NCBI GenBank assembly: GCA_050084515.1
Contig: CM114271.1
Location: 32,984,001 to 33,048,000, forward strand
Reading direction: 5' to 3'
DNA length: 64,000 nucleotides
From: Blasia pusilla
Taxonomy: Eukaryota
Made by a program: the position numbers and the translations under genes. The notes beneath the pieces are model-generated. The model saw only the letters and a list, made by a program, of their open reading frames with translations. It searched no databases and had not been told where the DNA came from. This document shows positions 62,500 through 64,000 of this stretch, piece after piece. Each line of letters opens with the position of its first letter. Within the stretch, counting starts at the first letter, position 1.

Positions 62500-64000
62500 A
62501 ATGCACTTGGGATGTCCATCTTTGACTCCCAAATTAAAGTTGTGTCATTTTTCATGCGAAGTCCATTGCAATGTTTCATATGCTCGTCCATACTAAACCT
62601 AGTGCTTAACATGTGATAATGGGACATCGCTGCATCCTAAATGCATTCTTATTAGTTCTTAAGACTAGACTTTCTCCATGAAAACTTTTTCAATAAGAAT
62701 AGTTAGTATTCATTCTTTTAATTATGAAATCTAAAATATTCAAAAATATGATCTTCCTTGAACAAGAAATTTATGTTTCAGTTTGGATTGAAGCCTCAAG
62801 TTAAATAGGCTTCTTTATCACATGCAAACACATTACCAACAACATACATCATTGTCACCATCCATGCACTCATAAACAAGAGACGACACTCAATCATGGA
62901 TCATAAAGATACAAGAGGATCATGCATCGTAAAAGTCTCCAATAAAATCAGAGATCAAATCTCATTTTCCATAGTTCTCTCTCAAGTATCAAATCAAAAT
63001 CACTCTCCTAGCGAGAGGTTTGGGTCACCCACAATAGAAGGAGCATCATAGCTTTTTCACCTTATGGAGTCAAGAAAGAAAGTTCAACTCATAAAGAATG
63101 AGCTCTCCAAGCTCTCTCTCTCTACTTAGGTATACCCTCTCCCCCTCACCCGAGCTCCCTCCTTGGTAACCTTTGCAAACAAATCACCCTTTCAACCCTA
63201 ACCAATGATAGTAAGTCAAGAGGAAATTTCGAAAATGGAAAGACTTAGTCAACTAATCTAAAAGTAAGGAGCTAATGTGAAATAGTGAATTTCTAAAAAT
63301 AGCTCAAAATGAGCCCAAAATATGGGGTAATCTACACACTCACATTACCCTCCTCCTTAGCTTGTCATCCTTGACTTACCAACATGAGTGTTTGATCTCT
63401 CCAAACATATCATGTAGATACACTTCGCTCCACTACAAAAGATACTTATTAAACGACGTACATACATCATTCAACAACACTCATAAAATTGAATACCATT
63501 CAATCATGGAATCCAAATCTAGAAAATAATCATGCACTAGAAAGATCTCTAGCTTTGAACTTGACCATATACATACATAGTGGGGGTTATTCATGTTTGA
63601 GATTATAACGGCTAGACCCAACATCCTTTTGGGATCAATAAGGTGGCATAGAAAGCTTGTAAGAAGCCAATTTCAATCCACTAAAATCCACACATACGCA
63701 CGAGTAGAGATCCATAAACCATCCTCAAACTGTTGGAATGATAGTTGGGTTTAGGGCCACAAGGAACGGCCCAAGAGGACTTTCCTACACGCAAAAAGGG
63801 GATGGAGATATTTAGAACTATATATAAGAAGGATGGTATCTAAGGGTGTTCGGAACTTGAACCCCATCTTGGAAACCATTGGGTTGAACCAAGCTTATAG
63901 GATAGATTGAGAGATTGACATTGAGGTTTTCACACCAAGCCAAGTACAAATGGAAGCGTTATTGACAAAATTTTGACCTTGATCCATTCAATGTTCATTG
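62500..64000 (-). mobile_element. Possible highly decayed LTR-retrotransposon pol remnant
   Basis: Evidence is limited to an integrase-like NIAMDF hexapeptide near 62560-62577 on the minus strand, in CpG-poor, stop-rich DNA. Confidence 0.25.

Overview
Eukaryotic nuclear DNA from a land plant, most likely a non-seed plant such as a bryophyte. This is inferred from GT-AG introns, plastid transit peptides and the TE repertoire; the species cannot be fixed from sequence alone. Five apparently intact host genes are present: a plastid LdpA-like Fe-S protein (5' part only, minus strand), TIC21/PIC1, an acyl-ACP thioesterase, an intronless CDC123/D123 gene and a ZNHIT2-like HIT zinc-finger gene. Between and after them lie decayed mobile elements: two pieces of an RLE-type (CRE-like) non-LTR retrotransposon, an ~8 kb broken Helitron carrying an accessory gene and an unrelated insert, a nested or chimeric chromodomain Ty3/Gypsy element with two tRNA-iMet primer-binding sites, foldback/MITE-like inverted repeats and a ZNF862-type hAT transposon. 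The 55.7-61.9 kb segment is unexplained. It is CpG-rich, full of decayed unassignable reading frames, and contains a perfect 19-bp hairpin and a near-perfect 147-bp tandem duplication. No rRNA, tRNA or CRISPR array was found. Exon coordinates were derived by eye from GT/AG sites and frame continuity.
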